From positions 8,742 to 72,741 of IMG/VR virus record IMGVR_UViG_3300033429_000001: a stretch of 64,000 bases of DNA; one strand, given 5' to 3'. How positions within the stretch are numbered: the first letter of the stretch is position 1; each line of letters begins with the position of its first letter. Position numbers and translations under genes: made by a program. The notes under the pieces were generated by a model. The model had not been told where the DNA came from, searched no databases, and worked only from the letters and a program-made list of their open reading frames with translations. Origin of the DNA: a virus. Shown one piece after another: positions 36,753-46,277 of this stretch.

Positions 36753-37836
36753 GAATATCGAAACCGAAGAAACGTCAACTAAACTTATCAACATCTTGCC
36801 AAAGTCGCTGACAGTTGATGCTGATTATCTCATCCAGACGCATGAGTCCAAGTTTACGTCTCTGTTCAAGGAGGTCGAGATCGTCAGGCCGCTTGATACT
36901 TTGGGTGATGCACAAAAGAAATTGATTAAGATGTCACCAGGTACGAGTAAGATGGGTCAGCCAAAGGAAACGGCTGGAATAATAAAAGCCATTGAGAAGT
37001 ACATCGAGTCCAGTTGGCATCCTGACAAGTTTCATCTCATCTATCATTCGTCCGGACTCGATAGCCGGATTATGTCGGGCCTCATCAAGCAAATTTTTAA
37101 GCGCAATGGGCATGAGTGGCTGGGCAATATTCTCTTTGTATGCTTTGGGCCGGAAAGCTTACAATTTGAACACATTATGGAGTACCAGGGATGGGGAAAA
37201 AATCAATACTGCACTGCCAAAAACTTGGTCGAATACCTTCGGCTGAATGTCGGAGATTTCAAGACGGCGGCTCGATGGCTGAATGGGCCAACGCGGGGTT
37301 GCCATAATCTCAATTATACCCTGACTGAATTATTGCAAGAGCAAGGGTTGATACCGGATAACGATAACGAAATTCAAATTTTCAACGGCTATGGTTCAGA
37401 TTATGAATTCAGGGGGGCCAATGACCCCAATGGTAACCGATTAGAACTCGAATTTGAGAAGGGCTACAAAGCCATTACCTCAACATCGTTCTTCAAAGTT
37501 GATGACGTGGTTTACCCATTCCTGGCTTACAGCGTTTTGGGGAGATTGATTAAGGCCCGTTTTCGGTATGGGTACGGTATCAGGGGAATGTTACTTGAAA
37601 AAATAGATCCGACTTTGGCGGTATTTGGTAGAGTTTCCAGGCAGATAGTCAAGCCGTTGCCGGGTGCGCTATTCAATAATTTGGTACTGAATTATAAGCG
37701 GTCATGGTACGGCCAAGTTGTCAGGCCCAACGCCATCCCGGTCAATAAATTTGAGGCGTCAGACTGGTGGGCTAACTGGACGGCGGCGGCTTACTGTGAG
37801 TATTTGATTGATAGGGGGTATATGGTGGATGTCTAA
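36721..37836 (+). CDS. Asparagine-synthase-like ATP pyrophosphatase domain protein
   Basis: HSSGLDSRI PP-loop, NGYGSD, YPFL. Confidence 0.6.
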   Translation: MSQFQRQRVFRNIETEETSTKLINILPKSLTVDADYLIQTHESKFTSLFKEVEIVRPLDTLGDAQKKLIKMSPGTSKMGQPKETAGIIKAIEKYIESSWHPDKFHLIYHSSGLDSRIMSGLIKQIFKRNGHEWLGNILFVCFGPESLQFEHIMEYQGWGKNQYCTAKNLVEYLRLNVGDFKTAARWLNGPTRGCHNLNYTLTELLQEQGLIPDNDNEIQIFNGYGSDYEFRGANDPNGNRLELEFEKGYKAITSTSFFKVDDVVYPFLAYSVLGRLIKARFRYGYGIRGMLLEKIDPTLAVFGRVSRQIVKPLPGALFNNLVLNYKRSWYGQVVRPNAIPVNKFEASDWWANWTAAAYCEYLIDRGYMVDV

Positions 37837-38054
37837 ACTAGAGGAAATTATGAAAATATTTGAGTGGACCCGCCACAATCTTAATGGAGAACTTAATCAT
37901 AGAACCGGCTATGGCGTTGGCTATGAAATAGATTTCTTTAGCTGCGTTTTTGGCATTTCTTGGTCAAGTTTCTTAATGAGATTTACAGTTCATATATTGT
38001 TTTTGATAATATGGGCAAACTTTCCGAGGAATTTACCACAAGCTGGAGATAAAC

Positions 38055-38723
38055 ATGCCTGACATAAAGGCCACACGTAAAGCTGGCTGGCAAAAAATAT
38101 GGACAGCCGATCACATCAAGTCCGTATGGGATGAGAAGATAGCGCAAGCAGCTTGGCTCAGTACGCCGGCTTACAAAATGATTACGGACGCCTGCGAAGA
38201 TTACGAATCCGTTCTTGATGTGGGCTGTGGCGGTGGTATTCAATATGCTGCGTTTCGGGAGTATGCACCAGAGATCAAGTACACCGGCATCGACATTCAT
38301 CCGGGCATGGTGAAGTATGCCCGGCAAGCCTTCCCAGAAGTGACCTTTGATGAGGGGGACGCCACCGAATTGCCTTATGCAGACAATGAGTTTGACGCGG
38401 CAATGCTGCGGCTGGTGATCGTTCACTACAAACCTGATTTTGTTGAGCAGATTTTGGCCGAAGCAATCAGGGTGTCTAGTAAGGCCCTCATTATTTTATT
38501 CGGGGCACCGCCGGTCGACATGGTTGACGCGGTTCGTTTGGGGAGGGAAGGCAATGCAGATTTTAACATCTACGGGCGGGAGTGGTTGAAGTCGAAAATT
38601 GGGCGGTATTCATCTCAGTGGAAGTTTACAAAATTCACGTTAGAAGAGACGTACATCTACAAAAAAGCCGTCTCAACCGCTGAGGGCAATCAAGAATTAT
38701 GGGTAGTGAGGTACGATGTCTGA
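38055..38723 (+). CDS. Class I SAM methyltransferase
   Basis: VLDVGCGGG, YTGID, GDATELPYADNEFD. Confidence 0.9.
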   Translation: MPDIKATRKAGWQKIWTADHIKSVWDEKIAQAAWLSTPAYKMITDACEDYESVLDVGCGGGIQYAAFREYAPEIKYTGIDIHPGMVKYARQAFPEVTFDEGDATELPYADNEFDAAMLRLVIVHYKPDFVEQILAEAIRVSSKALIILFGAPPVDMVDAVRLGREGNADFNIYGREWLKSKIGRYSSQWKFTKFTLEETYIYKKAVSTAEGNQELWVVRYDV

Positions 38724-39273
38724 TTGGAAAACAATGCTAAAAGACAGGTCGCGCTTCTCAAGGGAATGGTACGAGGAGCATCCCGTCACTAAGGAGCTAT
38801 TGGCTCAGGAAAAGGTATTCGCCGGCGGCCGAGTGCTAGACATTGGTTGCGGAATTGGTACCAGAGCATGCATCGCTGCTGATTTTTATGACGGTGTACA
38901 AATCACCGGTATTGACAAGTCTGCCTATGCCATCAGCCAGGCTCGCGGTCTCTTTCAGCCAAATTTGAACTTCGAGGTCGGTGACATTATGACCGACCTG
39001 GATTATGACAACGAACATTTTGACGGGGCTTACATGCTGGCAGTTATTGAGCATATCAAAGATACCGCCCGGCTACTGGCCAAGATTAAGAGACTATTGA
39101 AAACAAATGGTTACCTGTTCATTTCCGTAACCGAAAACAACTACCACGGTGACCCAGATCACGTCCATAGTTTCAGCCAGGAAAGTCTTGCCCAGGCCCT
39201 GACCGGCTTTTTTGCCGTCAGAGACATCTATGTAAAAGAGCATATTATTTTCGCTTTGGTGAAAAACGTATGA
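38716..39273 (+). CDS. Class I SAM methyltransferase
   Basis: VLDIGCGIG, VIEHI, LLKTNG. Confidence 0.9.
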   Translation: MSDWKTMLKDRSRFSREWYEEHPVTKELLAQEKVFAGGRVLDIGCGIGTRACIAADFYDGVQITGIDKSAYAISQARGLFQPNLNFEVGDIMTDLDYDNEHFDGAYMLAVIEHIKDTARLLAKIKRLLKTNGYLFISVTENNYHGDPDHVHSFSQESLAQALTGFFAVRDIYVKEHIIFALVKNV

Positions 39274-39860
39274 CCGTCACAATAGTAATGCCTACCCTGG
39301 ATTTTGAATCGGCGGCCAAAATGCTGACACAGGCAGAAAAGACCGCTGGCATGCCGTGTGCTACCGTTCTGGTGAAGGATTATGACAGGCGCGGTTCTAC
39401 AATCTGCGGTAACGCTGCGCTCAAGGGGGGCATTGAGCTACGGACTCCGTTTGTGGCATATATCAACGACGATACTTTGATCACTCAAGAAAATTGGCTA
39501 AAGAGAATGATTGAAGCTCTGGGAACAAATCCAACTTATGGGGTGGCGGTACCCGGCGGCGGTTGCCGCACATCGCCTCAGAATACTGGTGAGCCAGGAA
39601 TGCCAAGAGGCATAGAGGAAATAGAGGAAGCGGCCTTTATTTGTGCCGTGTTCCGACGCGATGTGCTGACCAGTATCGGGATTTTCGATTACAACTTTAC
39701 GCATTACGGCAACGACAGCGATTTATTCCGCCGGATGCGGCGGGCAGGGTGGCGCGGCATCTGGGTCAAGGATGTTTTTGTTGAGCATACGACAAGGCAG
39801 ATAGCCAAGAGATGGCAAGCGAAAGACAAGAAAGTATTCAAAGAAAAATGGTCAAACTAA
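39270..39860 (+). CDS. Glycosyltransferase family 2
   Basis: VTIVMPT, YINDD, IGIFD..F.HYGNDSDL..R, VFVEH. Confidence 0.85.
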   Translation: MTVTIVMPTLDFESAAKMLTQAEKTAGMPCATVLVKDYDRRGSTICGNAALKGGIELRTPFVAYINDDTLITQENWLKRMIEALGTNPTYGVAVPGGGCRTSPQNTGEPGMPRGIEEIEEAAFICAVFRRDVLTSIGIFDYNFTHYGNDSDLFRRMRRAGWRGIWVKDVFVEHTTRQIAKRWQAKDKKVFKEKWSN

Positions 39861-40354
39861 ACATAGGTTGCGGTAAGCAGCGCTTAGATGGGTATACCAA
39901 CATTGACAAATATCCCACTGATGCGGCTGATATTATCAGCCCGGCTCATGAGTTGAAGTATGCTGATGATTCAGTGGATGAAATTCTATCATCGCATATG
40001 ATTGAGCATCTCATCCAGACGGAGCTTGATCTTGCTTTGGCCGAATGGTTCAGAGTATTAAAAAGCGGTGGCAAACTGGTTATTCGTTGCCCCAACTTTG
40101 AGCTTTACGTCAAGGAATACCTTGAGGGTAACGAGGAGTACAAAGCCGGGTGGGGGCTTATCAACATCTTTGGCTGGCAAGATCGTGGTGAGGGGATGCT
40201 GCACAGGACTGGGTTTACTGTCAGTAGACTGGCGAAGTTAGTCGGTCATTATGGCTTTACCGTCCAACGATGTGAGACGACCCAAACCCGTCAAAAACGC
40301 GGCCCAGAATTCAGAGAAAATGGAGATATAATCTGTGAAGCCATTAAGCCCTGA
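39848..40354 (+). CDS. Methyltransferase type 11
   Basis: KLNIGCG...GYTNID...SHMIEH...WFRVLKSGG..CPN. Confidence 0.88.
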   Translation: MVKLNIGCGKQRLDGYTNIDKYPTDAADIISPAHELKYADDSVDEILSSHMIEHLIQTELDLALAEWFRVLKSGGKLVIRCPNFELYVKEYLEGNEEYKAGWGLINIFGWQDRGEGMLHRTGFTVSRLAKLVGHYGFTVQRCETTQTRQKRGPEFRENGDIICEAIKP

Positions 40355-41324
40355 AAAAATCCTATACACAGACGCCCTCAGCGATACCCAGGCCCAGGCC
40401 AATATTAGGGGGATTCGCAAGGCTTATGAGAAAATAGGCGAGGTCATCGCGTTTGATTACCGGATGGCCACCAGGTCGGTTGGTATGATTGATGCCAATG
40501 ACCAACTGGTAAGGCTTGCCGTAGAAAACGGGATAGACTTTATTCATTTGGGTAAGGGCGAAAGCATCTTGGGAGAAACTATCAAGAGAATCAAGACGGT
40601 GTTTCCGGCGATAAAAATAATCCATTTCTATGGCGACTATCGGCCAAGCCCCCCGGCCTGGGTCACTGATTTGGGACGATATGTTGATGTGACTTTCATT
40701 CAGGGCAGAGACGAGGGCCTGCGAGAAAAATATCAACAAGCCGGCTGTCGTCGGGTAGAGTTTCTTAATTGCGGCACCGACCCAGATATTTTTTATCCGC
40801 AATCGGTAGACAAAGAATACGACATCGTTTTTATGGCCAACTACTCAAAGCCTGACAAGTTCGAGTGGATGAAAGGTCGGTTGGAATTAGTCAAGGCAAT
40901 AGCGTCCAATGGATTCGGTATTCATATTTTCGGTACCGGGTGGGGGAAATTGGGGGAGACTAAAAATATAACCCTTCATCCGTTTGTAGCCGGCGAGGCT
41001 TTCGCCCGAGAATGCTCGAAGGCAAAGCTGGCCTTGGCCTACGGCACAAACAAGGTACGAGGTTATACCTCTTGGCCCAGATTGCTCAACTCTATGTCGA
41101 GCGGGACAATGGTACTGACCAAATATTTCCCAGGCCTCGAGGACGTTTTTGAAAACGCCTACGACTTGCAATGGTTCACCAGAGAGAAAGATTTAATCAA
41201 CCTAGTCCGCTACTATTTGGACAATGACGAGGAGCGAAAAAAAATAGCCGAATCTGGGCGGAACCAAGTACTAGAAAATCATACCTGGAATCACCGCATA
41301 GAAACGATTTTATCTTATGTCTAA
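40335..41324 (+). CDS. Glycosyltransferase, CgeB-like
   Basis: YDIVFMAN, IFGTGW, YYLDNDEERKKIA..GR..V..NHTW..R. Confidence 0.85.
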   Translation: MKPLSPEKILYTDALSDTQAQANIRGIRKAYEKIGEVIAFDYRMATRSVGMIDANDQLVRLAVENGIDFIHLGKGESILGETIKRIKTVFPAIKIIHFYGDYRPSPPAWVTDLGRYVDVTFIQGRDEGLREKYQQAGCRRVEFLNCGTDPDIFYPQSVDKEYDIVFMANYSKPDKFEWMKGRLELVKAIASNGFGIHIFGTGWGKLGETKNITLHPFVAGEAFARECSKAKLALAYGTNKVRGYTSWPRLLNSMSSGTMVLTKYFPGLEDVFENAYDLQWFTREKDLINLVRYYLDNDEERKKIAESGRNQVLENHTWNHRIETILSYV

Positions 41325-41982
41325 CATAATTGTCTACACAGCAATCATGGGGAATTATGACACTCTGCGCGAACCGAAAGAAAAAGGATCGGCCAAATTC
41401 GTTGCATTTTTAACCCATCAGTTCAAGAGTCGCGGATGGGAAACTCATTTAATTGTCCCGATGCAGGACTTGGTGAGAACGGCGAGAAATTACAAGATTA
41501 TGTCTCACATCCATTTCCCTGAAGCCGAGTACACAATTTGGGTAGATGGAAATATAATTCCCAGGATTGCCCCTGATGTTTTGGTGGAGGAGTGCCTAAG
41601 TGACGGTATCGACATTGCCGCTTTCCGGCATCCTTCACGGGATTGCGCCTATCAGGAGGCAGCCAGGTGCATTGTCAAAGGTAAGGACAAGTCGGAAAAA
41701 TTAACAGGCCAGGCGAACATCTATAGTACAGAAGGATTTCCAAGAAATTATGGTTTGGTAGAGACTGGATTTGTCATTCGACGCAATACACCACAGGTGA
41801 CTTTGCTCAACGAAAAGTGGTGGGAGCAAGCAGAAAAACACTCAAACCGGGATCAGGTTGGTTTACCATATGCCCTATGGAAAACTGGTACAGAAATCAA
41901 CCGACTAGAGGGGTCGCTTATCAAACATAATTGGTTTGAGCATAAAGCGCATAGCAGTAAGGAGGTCTTGCATGGTAGCTAA
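41317..41982 (+). CDS. DUF616 family glycosyltransferase-like protein
   Basis: VYTAIMGNYD, YKIMSH, IWVDG, HP.RDC.YQEA, NRDQ..LPY. Confidence 0.88.
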   Translation: MSNIIVYTAIMGNYDTLREPKEKGSAKFVAFLTHQFKSRGWETHLIVPMQDLVRTARNYKIMSHIHFPEAEYTIWVDGNIIPRIAPDVLVEECLSDGIDIAAFRHPSRDCAYQEAARCIVKGKDKSEKLTGQANIYSTEGFPRNYGLVETGFVIRRNTPQVTLLNEKWWEQAEKHSNRDQVGLPYALWKTGTEINRLEGSLIKHNWFEHKAHSSKEVLHGS

Positions 41983-42319
41983 TTTGTACGCCTTGAAAAA
42001 ATATAAGCACAGTACCACCAGTACATTTGTCCTGGTAGTTGAGCCGGGGAACGATGCCAGGCTCATTAGCGTAACGGCAAAATTTGATGTAGCCCCAACC
42101 ACCAGCGAAGATTTTACAATTGTACAGCGATTTGCCGATGGTGGAGAGTACAATACTCAGCTTTTAGTCACTGACCCGTCGGCAGCCAGTACAACGGACA
42201 TTTTCTGGCAACCAGATTCAGAGTACCTCATCGAGAAGGACGATTCGATTCGAATCGCGTATACCAATACCGATGCCCGGAAATTGTCAGTTATGGTAAC
42301 AATGGAGGTCGAGCAATGA
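41972..42319 (+). CDS. Hypothetical beta-rich (virion?) protein
   Basis: AAGGAGG RBS. Confidence 0.65.
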   Translation: MVANLYALKKYKHSTTSTFVLVVEPGNDARLISVTAKFDVAPTTSEDFTIVQRFADGGEYNTQLLVTDPSAASTTDIFWQPDSEYLIEKDDSIRIAYTNTDARKLSVMVTMEVEQ

Positions 42320-42876
42320 CACTGATTTTGAATGGAGCAAGCACTGTTGCCCAACAGTCAACCCTTGAGGAGATAGAAGAAGAGGTCGAAGAAATCGACC
42401 AGCACAGCCACAACGTAGAAAGGTGGTGGGGGGCGGTAGCTGTCCCGGATGAAACAAACGCAATTGACGCCACCGTAACTGTACCATTTGTGGCAGCCAG
42501 TGGCAATGATGACTGGGGTACAGCTATTCCGATTTGCGGTACGGCAGATGTGCCCGTATTGGCCAATCAAACTACATTTGATCCTCATCGGGTTTTGGTA
42601 ACTGCCCTGGACGATCAGACGGATCCCTGGCGTCTACGAATCATTTGGGGCACCGGTACCTCAGCGGATGCAATCAGTGCCGGGCAATGGTCAGAGGTGA
42701 TGGCAATAGCCAATGCAGTACCGGGCAACAGGGCGGGCGGAGCGCCGGTAGATATTAGAATGCCACCGATAGCAGTAGGCACAAAAATGTGGGCGCAAGT
42801 CTGGAATGATACCAACCTGGAAGAATTAGAGTTTTTCTGGGGTGCCCACGGCTATCCCTACCCACCACCAGCATAG
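42316..42876 (+). CDS. Hypothetical (virion?) protein
   Basis: GGAGG RBS; ATGA overlap; just before the head-tail adaptor. Confidence 0.7.
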   Translation: MTLILNGASTVAQQSTLEEIEEEVEEIDQHSHNVERWWGAVAVPDETNAIDATVTVPFVAASGNDDWGTAIPICGTADVPVLANQTTFDPHRVLVTALDDQTDPWRLRIIWGTGTSADAISAGQWSEVMAIANAVPGNRAGGAPVDIRMPPIAVGTKMWAQVWNDTNLEELEFFWGAHGYPYPPPA

Positions 42877-42884
42877 GAGGAATC

Positions 42885-43553
42885 ATGGCTTATTGCACAG
42901 CCGCCGAAGTGAGAGCGCAGATAGATAAAGATAGCAACGCAGATGACGCGACGATTACAGCCATGATTGCTGCGGCTGAGGAAGCCATCAACAATTTTTG
43001 TAATCGGCCCGATGGGTTCGAGGCTGGGGTGGCTGCCGCTCGTACCTTTGGAGGTAGCGGCAAGGCGTGGCAGTGGATAGATGAGACCGAATCCATTACA
43101 ACGGTAGAGGTTAAGGACAGTCCGACGGATACGGGCTATACCACGTGGGCGGCAGATGACTGGGTAGCCTTTAGCGGATCGGCCAAGCATCCGAATTATA
43201 ATTTGACACCCTATCAGGCGTTGATGGTTACGGCAAGTGGAGACTACGCCACCTTTACGAGTGGTAAATTCTCAGGGCGGCGTGGATTCAGGCCAGACCG
43301 GGAACAGCCGTTTGTCGTCGAAACGGTGCGGGTAACGGCTCGGTGGGGGTATTCAGTGACGGTGCCGGATGCGATTAAGCAGGCTTGCATTACGCAAACG
43401 GCGATTTGGTATAAAAGAGGTCAAGGTGGCTGGAGTAAAATTTTGGCATCAAATGAGTTTGGCGCGCTTGAATTTGATGAGGAGCTTGATCCAGCAGTCA
43501 GGTTACTACTTTGGTCAGGTAGATTCATCAAGCCAGCAACCGGCAACAGGTAA
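42885..43553 (+). CDS. Head-tail connector/adaptor protein
   Basis: MAYCTAAEVR, INNFCNR, VRVTARWGY..VPDAIKQAC. Confidence 0.85.
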   Translation: MAYCTAAEVRAQIDKDSNADDATITAMIAAAEEAINNFCNRPDGFEAGVAAARTFGGSGKAWQWIDETESITTVEVKDSPTDTGYTTWAADDWVAFSGSAKHPNYNLTPYQALMVTASGDYATFTSGKFSGRRGFRPDREQPFVVETVRVTARWGYSVTVPDAIKQACITQTAIWYKRGQGGWSKILASNEFGALEFDEELDPAVRLLLWSGRFIKPATGNR

Positions 43554-43586
43554 TTAGAATTAAAAACATGTACACCGTGTGCATAT

Positions 43587-43697
43587 GTGACAAAGACACT
43601 GCGTCACGGTATAATAAATAATCAAATAACCCGGCCCCCAGGTCAAACAGACCCAACAGCCAACCAGTGCTTAACCGCACGGTTGGCTTTTTTTTAT
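43587..43697 (+). promoter_or_regulatory. Promoter plus conserved late-gene leader motif, copy 2
   Basis: GTGACA-17-TATAAT (43587-43615), then the 43623-43697 match to 20838-20910. Confidence 0.75.
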
Positions 43698-43723
43698 GGC
43701 ATTGAGAAATCAAGAGGGAAGCA

Positions 43724-44200
43724 ATGGCAGTCGAAGTTGTAGGAGCTAAAGAGCTTGTAGCCAAGCTTTGTCAAATTAGCGAAGACCTGACAGGCCCTCC
43801 AATGATAGACGCAATGAGGAAGTCTACATTACTGGTCACGCGCACCGCTCGCCAACGGGCACCCATTGACCGGGGTGGCCTGCGGGCAAGCATCATGCCA
43901 GAGGTAGTGATAGAAACGAAAAAAGTTATCGGCATCGTTGGTAGTAATAAAATTCATGCCCCGGCTCAGGAACTTGGCACCAAGCCATATTGGGCACCCC
44001 TTCAGCCGCTTATTAACTGGGTACGCCGAAAAGGGATGGCAACCGGTAACGCTATTTACGCGGTGGCCAAGGGGGTCCAACGAGCCATTGCCCGGCGAGG
44101 CATAATACCAAAGGAATTCCTCAAAAAAGGACTTGAGGAGAATACAGAGAGAATTATCAACATTTTAGATCAAGCAGTAACCAGGATTATAAAAAAATGA
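43724..44200 (+). CDS. HK97 gp10-like tail completion protein
   Basis: APIDRGGLRASI, APAQELGT, PKEFL. Confidence 0.85.
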   Translation: MAVEVVGAKELVAKLCQISEDLTGPPMIDAMRKSTLLVTRTARQRAPIDRGGLRASIMPEVVIETKKVIGIVGSNKIHAPAQELGTKPYWAPLQPLINWVRRKGMATGNAIYAVAKGVQRAIARRGIIPKEFLKKGLEENTERIINILDQAVTRIIKK

Positions 44201-44445
44201 CCGAGGTCAGGGCGAGAGATTTACCAAGTGGCATCGTGGATCATACAAAGATCATGTATGGTGACATTGATATATCAAGTATCTGCGTTGCTGCCGATCA
44301 ACGGGCAGGATGGGCGGACGTGATAATCCATACCCAAGAAAATGAAGTACTCAGGGATTTCAGGGAGAATAGCCTACAACCACTCATAGTAAGAGTAACT
44401 GGCCCAATACGGGTAATCTATTATGGCAACAATAACCACCGCTGA
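44197..44445 (+). CDS. Hypothetical protein
   Basis: ATGA-coupled within the tail operon. Confidence 0.5.
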   Translation: MTEVRARDLPSGIVDHTKIMYGDIDISSICVAADQRAGWADVIIHTQENEVLRDFRENSLQPLIVRVTGPIRVIYYGNNNHR

Positions 44446-44872
44446 AATAAATACCGCCATTGCCACCACCCTGGGGGCAGCGGCTTCACTGGTCAGAACT
44501 CAGGACTACGACGAATTGACCGAAGGAATGGCCGATACTCCTACCCTGCAAGTGTATTGGGAGGAGGAATTAAGCGACCCCAGCGGCACGGCTGACCGGA
44601 CGGCCTTTAGGGGTGGCATACGCCAAACAGATATAACATTTCATGCGGATATTTACGTCAATCAACGGGCCAACATCGGCGAAGACATGGGTAGGTTGTA
44701 CACCGCAAAAGATGAGATTGACGACATATTGCAGGCCCAAGATACCAAGCCATACTTTGGCCTGACCGGGATAAAAGCCTTAATGCAGTGGAGCGCAACC
44801 AGAGTAATCTTCTCGTATGGCGGGGCTGATTACATCGGAATAAGGTACTTTATTCCCATAAAAATATTTTAA
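44423..44872 (+). CDS. Tail terminator-like protein
   Basis: Position, size and acidic beta-rich pattern (PTLQVY, ITFHADIYV). Confidence 0.65.
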   Translation: MATITTAEINTAIATTLGAAASLVRTQDYDELTEGMADTPTLQVYWEEELSDPSGTADRTAFRGGIRQTDITFHADIYVNQRANIGEDMGRLYTAKDEIDDILQAQDTKPYFGLTGIKALMQWSATRVIFSYGGADYIGIRYFIPIKIF

Positions 44873-44884
44873 GGAGGTGATGCT

Positions 44885-45217
44885 ATGGCTTTGTACAGAA
44901 TTCATAAGCCGATGGACAAGCCAGGGCTGGCAGTAGGTGGTATAGATTCATTGGCCTGGCTCAGGCCGGAGCAGATAGCCATCTTGGTGGATCGAGAGAT
45001 TATATCAAGGGTGGCCGCATTGCCTTTGTCAGAAATTCCGGGCTGGAAGACCAGGGCTAACAAGTTGGCGACCGCCAATATTGACAATGCCGAACAATTT
45101 ATTGAGGCCGATATTGGCCTGATTAAAAAGGTGTTACGGGCCAAACCTGAAACGATTCAGAAATGGAAAAGAGAGCTACTCAATCAGTGGATTGTCATCA
45201 GTAAAAAACGCAAATGA
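44885..45217 (+). CDS. Small HhH (DUF4332-like) protein
   Basis: LSEIPGW..RA.KL..A.I; AAGGAGG RBS. Confidence 0.55.
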   Translation: MALYRIHKPMDKPGLAVGGIDSLAWLRPEQIAILVDREIISRVAALPLSEIPGWKTRANKLATANIDNAEQFIEADIGLIKKVLRAKPETIQKWKRELLNQWIVISKKRK

Positions 45218-45256
45218 TGTACAAAAATAGTTTAGTTAAACGAAAGGAGTTTTATC

Positions 45257-45703
45257 ATGGCACAAACCACGACAGCCATTAACGCATGTGACGCAGTTGT
45301 ACAACTTACCAATAGCGCCGGCCTGTGGATTGATATTTCCGGCAGTTCCAACGAGGTATCAATCGACATCGCCAACGATGTTGGAGATGTGACGGTTTTT
45401 GGGGGGCAGTGGAAGAATACGCTGAGCTGTAAGTCAGCGGCCACCTTTGCCCTTAACGCCGTTTACACCACGGCAGCATCAGAAGCCAAGGACTTGCTGA
45501 TTGATTGGCAATTCACCAACACCGGAATCCGCATTTTGCAAGTCAACATTCCGGATAACTCAATTGGCAGCGACCGGTATCAGAGCAATGTGGTTCTGGA
45601 GAGTCTTGGCATTCCAGCAACGTCCGGTGATGCGGCCCCAATCATTATTGCGGCCTCGATGCGTAATGATGGCGAAGTGACAGCAGCTACTGTGGCAACC
45701 TAA
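45257..45703 (+). CDS. Major tail (tube) protein
   Basis: AAGGAG RBS; DVTVFGG.WK motif; followed by hairpin 45712-45739 and chaperone/TMP genes. Confidence 0.8.
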   Translation: MAQTTTAINACDAVVQLTNSAGLWIDISGSSNEVSIDIANDVGDVTVFGGQWKNTLSCKSAATFALNAVYTTAASEAKDLLIDWQFTNTGIRILQVNIPDNSIGSDRYQSNVVLESLGIPATSGDAAPIIIAASMRNDGEVTAATVAT

Positions 45704-45756
45704 ATTTCAATTGTGCCTGGGGCAATAGCCCCAGGCACATATACTATGAGGACGAA

Positions 45757-46277
45757 ATGGCAAAACGTAAAACATCAATGCGGGAATACAAAACGCCGGC
45801 CTTGCAAGGGGCGGGTTCGTATGTAATATTTAAGGCTTTGACAGTTGGCGAGATCAAAGAAATCAGAGAAACCAGAACCGAGGTAGATGACGGCGATGCG
45901 TTCGAGGTTGGCCTTGACACTATCGCCAAGCATCTGATTGGATGGAACTGGGTAGATGATGACGGGGACGCTCTCCCGCTTCCCTCAGAGGACCCGGAAG
46001 TCATTAACCTTCTGACTGATGACGAATGTACATTTCTTGCCGAGAAACTAATCGGCAAGGCTGACTCAAAAAACTAGCCGAGCGCCTCAGAATTCACTTA
46101 ATGATGCCTAATCACGCGAAATTTGAAGCGCCTTGGGAGTATGTCGAACTCTTGCTATGTCGAGATGTTTATCATTGCCTGCCGTCCCAGTTGCAGGATG
46201 AGGACTGGGTAGACATCCAGAACACCATAACAATGATAAACACCGAGGCAGAGGTCAGGAAACTTAAAGGAAAATAA
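45757..46277 (+). CDS. Tail assembly chaperones gpG (45757-46077) and gpGT via -1 frameshift
   Basis: A AAA AAC slippery site at 46068-46074 immediately before TAG; the -1 frame (LAERL...YHCLPSQL...KGK) is open to TAA 46277, which overlaps the TMP ATG. Confidence 0.85.
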
